This document shows, piece by piece, positions 14,038 through 25,830 of a stretch of 64,000 bases of DNA. The translations under genes were made by a program, and so were the position numbers. This stretch comes from Eledone cirrhosa. Taxonomy: Eukaryota. The stretch is from contig OZ024743.1 in assembly GCA_964016885.1 (NCBI GenBank), positions 156,178,001 through 156,242,000 of the forward strand, in the 5' to 3' direction. Numbering within the stretch: position 1 is the first letter of the stretch; every line of letters begins with the position of its first letter. The notes beneath the pieces were generated by a model. The model was not told where the DNA came from, ran no database searches, and saw only the letters and a list, made by a program, of their open reading frames with translations.

Positions 14038-14080
14038 ACGATGTACTAGTTTCAAGCTTATTAGCTATCGTCAGCAACGT
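14038..14080 (-). ncRNA. minimal type-I HHR (family B1)
   Basis: ACGTTG CTGACGA TAGCTAATAAGCTT GAAA CTAG TA CATCGT. Confidence 0.8.
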
Positions 14081-14759
14081 ATACCTTCCTGCCAGTTGAT
14101 TGCACGTCTGAAAGTATATACTATCCCTATGTATATTAACGGCTGAGCACCCTAGTTTGCATATCGAGTGTGTTAATCGGCCAAGCGCACCGAAAATGAT
14201 AAACGGAAAAAATGAAACGAAATTTCATTTCTCACTCTTATTACGGCTGTTACTTAAATATAAGTATGTATATGTACATACATATATGTATACAGACGTA
14301 CAGTAGTATGTATATTTATATACAGACCTGCACACATATATATATATGTACGTATGGATTCACCGAACATTTATTATAATGCTCGGTGTGTTTGTAAACA
14401 AACATCCCGAATTAAGCCGTACATTGTCTAGCAACCATCGTTGCTCATTTGTTCAACACCGACAAAGGAACGCTGTACTAGTTTCAAGACTATTAGCTAT
14501 CGTCAGCAAATATACCTTCCTGCAAGATGATTGAACATCTGAAAGTATATACTTTCCTTGTGCATATTAACGGCTGAGCACCCTAATTTACATATCGAGT
14601 GAGTAAACCGTACTAAGAGTGATAAATGACATTTCGTTTCAGTTTTTCCGTTCATCGTTTTCGGTGCGCCCGAATGATTAACTCGCTCGGTATGCAAATT
14701 AGGCTGCTCAGCCGTTAAGTATATACTTTCAGACGTTCAATCATCTGGCAGGAACGTAT

Positions 14760-14802
14760 ACGTTGCTGACGATAGCTAATAAGCTTGAAACTAGTACAGA
14801 GT
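14760..14802 (+). ncRNA. minimal type-I HHR (family B1), weak helix I
   Basis: ACGTTG CTGACGA TAGCTAATAAGCTT GAAA CTAG TA CAGAGT. Confidence 0.65.
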
Positions 14803-15066
14803 TTCTTTGTCAGTGTTAAACAAATGAGCAACGATGGTTGCTAGACACTGTACGGCTTAATTCGGGATGTTTGTTTACAAACACACCGAGCATTACAATA
14901 AATGTTCGGTGAATCCATGCGTACATATGTATATGTGTGCATATATGTATCTATATATACATACTACTGTACGTCTGTATACATATATGTATGTACATAT
15001 ACATACTTATATTTAAGTAACAGCCATTCTAAGAGTGAAAAATGAAATTTCGTTTCATGTTTTCAC

Positions 15067-15099
<33 letters not shown>

Positions 15100-15278
15100 T
15101 TAGATTTTGATTATATGTTGGTTGTATACCAACACCTCTGTATGCAGGCTGGAGCACACGACTATGATTCCAGTTCCTCAGTGAAATAACAACCCAACCA
15201 GGAACTGGGCATATCAGAGTATTGACAAAATTATACACCTCAACAACATATGTACATGTCTATACCACACTAATTTTG

Positions 15279-15333
15279 ACTGCCTGAAAAGGTCACAGCC
15301 AAAGATGGCTGTCACCGAAATATATATAGCAGT
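15279..15333 (+). ncRNA. type-I HHR with C3.A8 mismatch in a solo pLTR-like fragment (about 15100-15385)
   Basis: ACTGC CTGAAAA GGTCACAGCC-AAAGAT-GGCTGTCACC GAAA TATATA TA GCAGT, followed by AATAAA. Confidence 0.8.
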
Positions 15334-15396
15334 AATAAACGAAGCTAAATTTTAAACATCTGACTTATTTATTTTACTTTATATTATATATATATA

Positions 15397-15586
15397 ATAA
15401 TTGTTTCTACTTTAGGCACAAGGCCAGCAAATACCCAGTGCATTACTGGTACTTTATTTTATCGACCCCGTAAGGATGAAAGGCAAAGTCAACCTCGGCG
15501 GCATTTGAACTCAGATCGTAAAGGGACGTAACTATGCTGGAAAGCATGTCGTCCGACGCTCTACCGATACTGCCAACCCACTGCCC
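15397..15586 (-). mobile_element. tRNA-derived SINE (Deu/Nin-type), full length
   Basis: minus strand GGGCAGTGGGTTGGCAGTATCGGTAGAG (A box), GAGTTCAAATGCC (B box), central domain, GAAACAATTATTA tail. Confidence 0.85.
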
Positions 15587-15803
<217 letters not shown>

Positions 15804-15848
15804 CGTAAAGTAAGAAAATTATAAAATTAACTTACTTACTAAAATATC

Positions 15849-15930
15849 ACTTCCAACTAATTAGTTTCTGGAATGGAATAATTATATTTTCCGAAGAAGA
15901 TACAGAGAACCATTCCGTCGTCAGGGAGGT
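15849..15930 (-). ncRNA. type-I HHR family A, intact core
   Basis: ACCTCC CTGACGA CGGAATGG..CCATTCCA GAAA CTAATTAG TT GGAAGT. Confidence 0.85.
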
Positions 15931-16366
15931 ATATTCTCATCTAAGTATCCAGGCAAAGCGTGGACACTGGAAACTTATTAAAAAATAATTCAGTGGATAT
16001 GAAATAGCAAAGCTTGGACTGAATTCCTAGCCATTGAGAAAATCACTACCTCTGCGTCGGTGGCAAATTCAAAAAGAATCAATCACGTGACATCGAGGTC
16101 AATCAGTGGAAAGTGGTTTGCTAATAAGACAGCGGCCTGCTACCATAGCAGCAGTCATGGCCAATATTGCTCGACAAATAATTTGGAGATAATTATAAAG
16201 TATTAATATCTAGTAACATATATATACATACAGATGCATATCAATGCTAGCAAATATATAGGTGTTGTCTTAGTAACTTTGTGGTTCAATGCATGGGGTT
16301 GCAGAACAATAATATGAGAGACGTAAAATAAGAAAATTATAAAATTAACTTACTTACTAAATTATC

Positions 16367-16448
16367 ACTTCCAAATAATTAGTTTCTGGAATGGAATAAA
16401 TATATTTTCCGAAGAAGATACAGAGAGGCATTCCGTCATCAGGGAGGT
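16367..16448 (-). ncRNA. type-I HHR family A, helix III point mutation
   Basis: ACCTCC CTGATGA CGGAATG..CATTCCA GAAA CTAATTAT TT GGAAGT. Confidence 0.75.
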
Positions 16449-16884
16449 CTATTCTCATCTAAGTATCCAGGCAAAGCGTGGATACTGGAAACTTATTAAC
16501 AAATAATTCAGCAACCCCATGCATTGAACCACAAAGTTACTAAGACAAAACCTATATATTTGCTAGCATTGATATGCATCTGTATGTATATATATGTTAC
16601 TAGATATTAATTCTTTATAATTATCTCCAAATTATTTGTCGAGCAATATTGGCCATGACTGCTGCTATGGTAGCAGGCTGCTGTCTTATTAGCAAACCAC
16701 TTTCCACTGATTGACCTCGATGTCACGTGATTGATTCTTTTTGAATTTGCCACCGACGCAGAGGCAGTGATTTTGTCAATGTGGCTAGGAATTCAGTCCA
16801 AGCTCTGCTATTTCCTATCCACTGAATTATTTTTTAATAAGTTTCCAGTGTCCACGGTTTGCCTGGATACTTAGATGAGAATAT

Positions 16885-16966
16885 ATATCCCTGACGACGG
16901 AATGGTTCTCTGTATCTTCTTCGGAAAATATATTTATTCCACTCCAGAAACTAATTAGTTGGAAGT
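16885..16966 (+). ncRNA. type-I HHR family A
   Basis: TCC CTGACGA CGGAATGG..CCACTCCA GAAA CTAATTAG TT GGA. Confidence 0.8.
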
Positions 16967-17135
16967 GATATTATAGTAAGTAAGTTCATTTTATAATTTT
17001 CTAATTTTACGTCTCTCATATTATTGTTCTGCAACCCCATGCATTGAACCACAAAGTTACTAAGACAAAACCTATATATTTGGTAGCATTGATATGCATC
17101 TGTATGTATATATATGTTACTAGATATTAATTCTT

Positions 17136-17229
<94 letters not shown>

Positions 17230-17279
17230 AGTATGTATGTATACGTACATACATATATGTATACTGACGTACAGTAGCA

Positions 17280-17328
<49 letters not shown>

Positions 17329-17769
17329 GCATACAGGTACACATACATATATGCACGCATCAGTTTAGCCGACGTTTATTATAACGCAGCTTTGTTCGCT
17401 TGTTTGTCAACAAACCGAACAGCCAGAATTTATGCCATACGGTGTTAAGGCAACCACGTCACCTTTTTTTTGTTCAACACTGACACAGGAACGATGCACT
17501 AGTTTCATGCTTGTTAACTATCTTTAGCACCGTTTACCCACCTGCCAGATAGTTGAACGTTCGAAAGTATATACTTTCCTTATGAAAATTAACGGCTGAG
17601 CAGCCTAATTTGCATATTGAGTGAGTTAAATCGGTCAGGCATACCGAAAACGACAAGTTGAAAAAAAATGAAAACGAAATTTCATTTCTCACTCTTAGTA
17701 TGGCACTTACTTAAATGTAAGTATGTATGTATACGTTCATACATATATGTATACAGACGTACAGTAGCA

Positions 17770-17816
<47 letters not shown>

Positions 17817-17976
17817 GCATACAGGTACACATACATATATGCACGCATCAGTTTAGCCGACGTTTATTATAACGCAGCTTTGTTCGCTTGTTTGTCAACA
17901 AACCGAACAGCCTGAATTTATTCCATACGGTGTTAAGGCAACCACGTCACCTTTTTTTGTTCAACACTGACACAGG

Positions 17977-18021
17977 AACGATGTACTAGTTTCAAGCTCG
18001 TTAGCTATCATCAGCACCGTT
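17977..18021 (-). ncRNA. minimal type-I HHR (B2), intact
   Basis: AACGGTG CTGATGA TAGCTAACGAGCTT GAAA CTAG TA CATCGTT. Confidence 0.9.
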
Positions 18022-18255
18022 TACGCATCTGCCAGATAGTTGAACGTTCGAAAGTATATACTTTCCTTATGAAAATTAACGGCTGAGCAGCCTAATTTGC
18101 ATGTTGAGTGAGTTAAATCGGTCAGGCATACCGAAACGACAAGTTGAAAAAAAATGAAAACGAAATTTCATTTCTCACACTTAGTATGGCACTTACTTAA
18201 ATGTAAGTATGTATGTATACGTACATACATATATGTATACAGACATACAGTAGCA

Positions 18256-18364
<109 letters not shown>

Positions 18365-18523
18365 GCATACAGGTACACATACATATATGCACGCATCAGT
18401 TTAGCCGACGTTTATTATAACGCAGCTTTGTTCGCTAGTTTGTCAACAAACCGAACAGCCTGAATTTATGCCATACGGTGTTAAGGCAACCACGTCACCT
18501 TTTTTGTTCAACACTGACACAGG

Positions 18524-18568
18524 AACGATGTACTAGTTTCAAGCTTGTTAGCTATCATCAGCACCGTT
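18524..18568 (-). ncRNA. minimal type-I HHR (B2), intact
   Basis: AACGGTG CTGATGA TAGCTAACAAGCTT GAAA CTAG TA CATCGTT. Confidence 0.9.
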
Positions 18569-18803
18569 TACCCATCTGCCAGATAGTTGAACGTTCGAAA
18601 GTATATACTTTCCTTACGAAAATTAACGGCTGAGCAGCCTAATTTGCATATTGAGTGAGTTAAATCGGTCAGGCATACCGAAAACGACAAGTTGTAAAAA
18701 AATGAAAACGAAATTTCATTTCTCACTCTTAGTATTGCACTTACTTAAATGTAAGTATGTATGTATACGTACATACATATATGTGTACAGACGTACAATA
18801 GCA

Positions 18804-18856
<53 letters not shown>

Positions 18857-19015
18857 GCATACAGGTACACATACATATATGCACGCATCAGTTTAGCCGA
18901 CGTTTATTATAACGCAGCTTTGTTCGCTTGTTTCTCAACAAACCGAACAGCCTGAATTTATGTCATACGGTGTTAAGGCAACCACGTCACCTTTTTTGTT
19001 CAACACTGACACAGG

Positions 19016-19060
19016 AACGATGTACTAGTTTCAAGCTTGTTAGCTATCATCAGCACCGTT
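19016..19060 (-). ncRNA. minimal type-I HHR (B2), intact
   Basis: identical motif to 18524-18568. Confidence 0.9.
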
Positions 19061-19295
19061 TACCCATCTGCCAGATAGTTGAACGTTAGAAAGTATATAC
19101 TTTCCTTATGAAAATTAACAGCTGAGCAGCCTAATTTGCATATTGACTGAGTTAAATCGGTCAGGCATACCGAAAACGACAAGTTGAAAAAAAATGAAAA
19201 CGAAATTTCATTTCTCACTCTTAGTATGGCACTTACTTAAATGTAAGTATGTATGTATACGTACATACATATATGTATACAGGCGTACAGTAGCA

Positions 19296-19333
<38 letters not shown>

Positions 19334-19463
19334 TATATACACATATGCATACAGGTACACATACATATGTGCACGGATCAGTTAAGCCGACGTTTATTAT
19401 AACGCAGCTTTGTTCGCTTGTCTGTCAACAAACCGAACAGCCTGAATTTATGCCATACGGGTA

Positions 19464-19508
19464 AACGGTGCTGATGATAGCTAACAAGCTTGAAACTAGT
19501 TCATCGTT
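19464..19508 (+). ncRNA. minimal type-I HHR (B2), GUU cleavage triplet
   Basis: AACGGTG CTGATGA TAGCTAACAAGCTT GAAA CTAG TT CATCGTT. Confidence 0.88.
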
Positions 19509-19666
19509 CCTGTGTCAGTGTTGAACAAAAAAGGTGACGTGGTTGCCTTAACACCGTATGGCATAAATTCAGGCTGTTCGGTTTGTTGACAAACAAGCGA
19601 CAAAGCTGCGTTATAATAAACGTCGGCTAAACTGATGCGTGCATATATGTATGTGTACCTGTATGC

Positions 19667-19749
<83 letters not shown>

Positions 19750-19864
19750 TGCTACTGTACGTCTGTATACATATATGTATGTACGTATACATACATACTT
19801 ACATTTAAGTAAGTGCCATACTAAGAGTGAGAAATGAAATTTCGTTTTCATTTTTTTTTCAACT

Positions 19865-19895
<31 letters not shown>

Positions 19896-20004
19896 TCAAA
19901 AGCTAAGAGCATATATATATATCAAAGGAATTGTGGCAAGGAACGAGATGGACCATATCGCACCAGAGTACTCAATACTTAGGGTAGTTGAGTGGGAAAT
20001 ATCA

Positions 20005-20097
20005 CCCCGACGGCAGAGCTCAAGCCGTTTCGACGGCTGTTTCTGGACTATATTAGAATTTTTTGCCCGGTGGATATTAGCCGAACTTCTCAAGGGG
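20005..20097 (-). ncRNA. type-I HHR with U3-A8 core (PLE-2 3' pLTR)
   Basis: CCCC TTGAGAA GTTCGGCT..AGCCGTC GAAA CGGC-TTGAGCTCT-GCCG TC GGGG. Confidence 0.85.
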
Positions 20098-22603
20098 GTA
20101 CTTACTTATATGGGAAGATTGTAGTTGTCAAGAGGATTGGTTAAAATTTGTTGAAAACACAAATAAGTCTATCATGGCTTTTCTTGGGAGGTAGGTGTGG
20201 TTGAACTTGCCTGTAGAACAATAGGGGATTGAGTGGGGTGGTCAAGCGTTGAAAGTGATATGTATACAGCAGATTCTAAGGCTAGTGTATGGAGTGGAGG
20301 AGGGAGGTTATAGAATAGGTAAATCGATGAGAGTAGGAGACAATAAAAGATAATAGATAGAAAGAAAAAAATATATAAAATTAGATAGTGAGAAATAAAT
20401 AAAAATATCATAATGCTATCTTACAATTACAGGTTAATAATTTGAGAATAGAAAAAAGTGTAGAAATTGAGTAGTACCAGAAGTGATAAATAATTAAAGG
20501 GGTTTAACACGTCTGCTATAAGTATTTAGTAAAACGTATTCGGCCAATTCTGTCTTAAAATTACAGGGGTGGGGGAACTGACGCTACAGAGGCCCGATGG
20601 TCTGCATCAGGGTAGGCGAAGGGAAAAAGCAAAGGAGGAAGTAAATAGGGGGTGGAAAGAAACAGGCGGAAGAAAAGACAAAGAGGAAAAGAAAAGAAAA
20701 GAGATACATCTACCTAAGTCAGCTGGGACTTCCCCTAACTTATTCGGCAAGTAGTCGGGTATCAGCCCTTTTCCAACAACTCGAGTCGTTATGGGGTTTG
20801 AGGGCGAGGTATGTCCTACGCAATCTGTGTTTGCATGCGGTTACCAATTCCTCTTTCTTGTATAGGAGTTGGTCCTTCGAAAATAGCATTTGTAATGTTT
20901 CCTCTGAGCGTAAGTTACACGGACGGCTTCCTCCCGTGTAAGAGTTAGCCTTGGACAGTAAGCGCCAAGTGAGATTGTAGGTTATATTATTATCTTGGAG
21001 GTCCCAGATGTGGCCCGAAAGTGTAGTGGCATGTCGCCGGACCGGCTTTCGGAATGTATGTCGGTGTTGGTAGAGCCGGGTCCTGAAGACACACGCGGTT
21101 AATCCTATATAAGCTTTATTCGGCGTGTCCGTCCTCACGTTGCACTGGTAGATCACGTTACATTCTCAGCATTTGTTGTTGAGGGGGCACGTAGATCTCT
21201 CAGGGCTGTTACACCTCCTGGTCGGCTCACCATTGATGTCTAGGTTATTTCTTCCATAGGGGCTGAGTTTTTTGTTGTTTGAGGAGACGATAATTTCTGC
21301 GAAGTTAGGTGTGGTGCTGTAGGAGAGTGTGATGGTGTTTTTGTTGATTATGTTGTGGTAGCGGTGTTGTAGTGGGAGTGTTTTTCGAGGAGTCAAAGAA
21401 GATTTTCCCGATAGGTGTTGCCACCTCGGCATTAGGGGCGGGGGGGGGACTGAACCATGTTACGTGCGTGAGCGGCCGTGTCGCCTGCTGGATCCGGTAA
21501 AGGAAGCTGGATGAAAGGATATTTCCTCCCGAAAGCCACTCCGCTTGAGGGCCTGGTTGTAATGAGGCGCTTGTTCGTCGAATATCTGCTCATTAGCGGA
21601 CAAACGAAGTATGCGGAGGGAGATGTTTTTAACCAGGTTATTGGTGATGCTTCTAGGGTGGTTAGAGCGGCGGTGGATGTAATGCAGGTTGTCGTTTGGT
21701 TTCGTGTATGGGTAGTACAGATCATTTTCGAGGTTAAGGGTAACGTCCAGGAAATTGACTCGGGTTAGGGACGTTGTAGGATGATTTTAAATCCCCAGTC
21801 TCGGAAGAAGTTGATTAGTTGTTTACGGACCCGGTCTGTACTACTGGGGTTGTACCCTTTGAGGGTGAGGAGCCCATCATCCCGGTACAATCCACCGCCG
21901 AATGCAGGAAACATTTAGATGAGTTTAAATAGTAGCAATAGTCCTATAAAATCTGTGACCTCGGCCGAATCCGTCGCGCCCATACTGACGTCGAAGGGGG
22001 AGTCGGGAGATCTCTTTATCCACTTAGAGTTGTCGAAAAGTAAGACTGTCTTCCTGTCGTGGAGAATGATATTTCTTTCCTGCTCAGTGATGGGTGTGAG
22101 TGTTTCGGCAAAATCCAAGGCGGACGTAAAGAGCGGTAAGGTAATTTTAAGATAGAATTGGCCGAATACGTTCTACGAACTACTTACAGCAGACGTGTTA
22201 AACCCCTTTAACTCTCTATCACTTGTGGTACTACTCAATTTCTATAAGTTGTTTCTATTCTCAACTTATTAACCTGTAATTGTAAGATATCACTGTGATT
22301 TTTTTTATTCATTTCTCACTATCTAATTTTATATATTTTTTTAATTTATTTCTATTATCTTTTATTGTCTCCTACTCTCATTCGATGTACCTATTCTATA
22401 ACGTCCCTCCTCTACTTCATACACTAGCCTTAGAATCTGTTGTATACATATCACTTTCAAAGCTTGACCGCTCCACTACTCCTCTATTGTTCTACAGGCA
22501 AGTTCAGCCACTCCCACCAAATGCCATGACAGACTTATTTATGTTTACAACAAATTTTAACCTATCCTCTTGAACACTACAATCTTCCCATATAAGGAAG
22601 TAC

Positions 22604-22697
22604 CCCCTTGAAAAGTTCGGCTATTTATTCCCCAGGCTAAACATTCTAATTTAGTCCAGAAATAGCCGTCGAAACGGCTTGAGCTCTGCCGTCGGGG
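22604..22697 (+). ncRNA. type-I HHR with U3-A8 core (PLE-2 inverted pLTR)
   Basis: CCCC TTGAAAA GTTCGGCTATTT..AAATAGCCGTC GAAA CGGC-TTGAGCTCT-GCCG TC GGGG; predicted cleavage after C22693. Confidence 0.85.
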
Positions 22698-24877
22698 TCA
22701 TACTTTTTCCTATATATATATATATATATGTATAAGTATATGTATACATCTGTATATACATTCTGGTGGCTGGAACAATAATATTGATCGTACTAAGTAG
22801 GCCCGAATAAAATTAATGTCAAATTCATGTTAAGTCTCTGTGAAATCTAAGTCAATCCTACGTCAGGGCTGCCTGGCGTACCTCGAAATGCTACGTTCAT
22901 ATTTGAGTTCTATTGGCTTGATCTCAAAACCGTGACTTGAACCACAATAAATTGGCTCGAAGTTTCAACAATATATAATCCCGATTTTATAAAGTTCATT
23001 TTGTTTCAATGAAATACAGCTTTGCATGAAATTTATTATATATGCATGCACAAAATTAACTCTATCCGTCTAGCTAAGTGAAATGTTGCCGATGTAATTG
23101 TAGCCTCGAGTGAAAACGTTTTACCTAGTAGATTTGCGCATAATTGTGATCTTTGGCTGCTACACAAGTTACATTAATATAACGTATATATTTTGTATAT
23201 GCATGTATATGAGTGCGTTGGGTGCGAGTGTATGTGTTTATCTATCTATTTGTGTATATATGTTTGTGTATCTGTTTTCTATTTGTGGTGTGTATAATAT
23301 CTTATTATATCTGTGGGATTGTATGTTAATGTATATTACGGCATTTAGTTATTTAAACATATTTTAGAGGGACGGCAAACGTCGCAGTAAATTTCATCAC
23401 AATAAAGAAACATTCACATAAATGTTTGGTGTGTGTGTGAGACATTAACTGCGACTTATTATTTCGTAATTTAGTTTGAGAAAAACAGAAAATATTTCAA
23501 AAAAGTAATAAACTTATTATTATTTTTACAAATAAGTATTGCCATCTTCTGAACCTGATAAACGAACAAAAAGTTACATTTCCTCAGATATTACATTGCT
23601 TTCTTCAAAAAGACTTTCCTCACGACATGCGAACAAAGAAGATTCAAAACATTTCAGGAGTTTTAAGTACCATACACAATGATATATCAGCAATTGATTA
23701 ACGAATTGAAGTTGAAAGTCTATACCATTGGAGGTAGACAAAATCACTTAGTGTGCAATGCATGCCGAGTTATTTATGATCGTATTTATGTAACTGGATG
23801 CAAAATAAATGGAATTTCTCAAAGGCTTTGTCATGTATTTAATATTAAATGGGCATTGGGTTTACCTGAAGTGATAGAAAAATGTTTTGACCTCCTTTAA
23901 TAGAGCTAAAATGAAATTGGTTAGCCGAATCTACTATATAGCAGATGTTATAGGAGCGGAATGAAGAGGGTTACTAATGGAATCCACCATTCTCTTCAAG
24001 AGACTTTAATCCTTCAAAATCTAAAAGAGATTGACTAGGAAATAATACATACTATTGCATATTCCGTGGTAGCATGCTAGAATAAAAACACCCGTGGTGT
24101 TACATGATTCATTTAAAGATGACCACAATGAGAGAAAAAATAAAACAATAATGATGATAAAAACATTGATTATATACCTGCAATAACACTGGTTCCAAAA
24201 ATGGTGGTGATAATAATATCAATACTAGTAATAAAGATGAAGTTGCTGTTGTATTGGGTGTTATTGTTGTTGCTGATAATAAGGGTGGTGTTACCGCCAT
24301 CATCAAATAAAATCGCATCAAATAATACCTTACCAGTATTTTTACTGGTACCGGTGTACGTGGACATGGACACACAATATGTTTCTGACCAGTGGTAATG
24401 GCAATATAATGATAGCGAGGACTGCAGACGATAGTTAAGTATTTAAACTTTAATCGGAGCCTGCAAACTCAACCGCTCAAAAGACGGATACATCTAGCAC
24501 TAGAATTTACTATGAAAAGAGATTCCAAATGTCTTATGTCTGCTGGCATCACAACTAGATGGTAAAAGATGACAAACAACGAATACCCATAACTGCACAA
24601 CTACACCTATGATTTTATGAGAATCAGATGAAAGCAAATCCATAACCGTGTACCAAAAATATATATATCGTGCAAAAAAGCAAATACTGTGAATTAAACC
24701 TGTTTTAACTACTTTAATCTGATAAATAAATAGTCCGTCTTTCCTAAACACCATCTTTTAGCTGGAATAAACAACTGGCGTGAAGTGTTTTGGGATTGTT
24801 CGAATCAGTTTATTCTAACGAGCTTACTGAGTAAAAACCACGTTTATGCACGTCATCCTCTCCAATATATATATATA

Positions 24878-25830
24878 CTAGCAGTAAAGCCCGGCGTTGC
24901 TCGGGGTCGCTCAGTAGCTGTGTTAAAGTTACAATGTTAAGTTTCTTTCTTGGCTTAAAAACTGTAGTGTCTACTGTGCAGACTTGCATGTGGTGTTTTT
25001 GATTAATATTCCCTCAACCAACAATATGCCTTATGAAGTTAAGAAAACATAACGATAACCCGAATGTTATAACAAAAGAGGATGCTGGGGATAGAAACTG
25101 CACTGGTTATTTATTAACAAAGATCGAAAATGTAAACACTGCAACGCAGAGAAAAACATTAGCGTAACCAAATTATCAGTTATGTCTGTCTGCACGCCTA
25201 TATCACCTCTCTGCACGACTGTATGCACGCCTATATCACCTCTCTGCACGACTGTCTGTCTGCACGCCTATATCACCTCTTAGCACGACTGTCTGTCTGC
25301 ACGCCTATATCACCTCTCTGCACGACTGTCTGTCTGCACGCCTATATCACCTCTCTGCACGACTGTCTGTCTGCACGACTGTCTGTCTGCACGCCTAACG
25401 ACGAAATATTTGCTTGTTTTAAGTAGTCTTTAAATAGACTTGTTTTCAAGTAAAAATATTGTTTTAAAATGCTTTTAAATGGAAATGAAGCAAAACGGAA
25501 GCCTAGTGTTCGAACTGATGAATTTTGCAGGTCAATATTTTGCTATGTCATTTTAAACCCTGAGAAAGCCAGCGTAATTTTTTACGTAAGACGCTCAATG
25601 TAAACAGAACAAAGGGAAATAACTGATAACTTACGCTCAAAAATCGATACATTATATTCGAATTCGTCACATAGGGTGGGTCAATTTGAAATATTTTTGT
25701 TTCCGATGTCTTCGCTAGGGCTCAATGTACAAGTATAGCAATTTCGGTGCAATTCCGTGAGAGATTCTAAGAGGAGATGTGTGCCAAAAATCGATAGACA
25801 GACAGACAACCACAGTTTTATATATATAGA
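24878..25830 (-). mobile_element. non-autonomous Helitron
   Basis: 5' TCTATATATATAAAAC; 3' CCCGAGCAACGCCGGG hairpin plus CTGCTAG|T. Confidence 0.8.
25183..25397. repeat. about 37-bp minisatellite inside the Helitron
   Basis: about 5 copies of GTCTGTCTGCACGCCTATATCACCTCTCTGCACGACT. Confidence 0.9.

Larger units (their letters stand above)
13824..15065. mobile_element. HHR tandem-repeat family B, subfamily B1: about 1.8 minus units (432-nt period) plus an inverted plus unit
   Basis: direct repeats 13824-14608, inversion at about 14609; HHRs at 14038-14080(-), 14470-14512(-), 14760-14802(+); no ORF; TA flanks. Confidence 0.85.
19922..22705 (-). mobile_element. 5'-truncated Penelope-like element PLE-2 (Hydra-clade-like) with inverted pseudo-LTR at 22140-22705
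   Basis: FDVSMGATDSAEV, GGGLYRDDGL, CPLNNKC, IYQCNV..AYIGLT..FRTRLYQH, CNL..EE, ELVTACKH; arms 20002-20565 and 22140-22702 are inverted; TA flanks. Confidence 0.9.

Noticed and set aside
25183-25397. CRISPR-like 37-bp repeat
   Set aside because: No unique spacers and no cas genes; a minisatellite inside a eukaryotic Helitron
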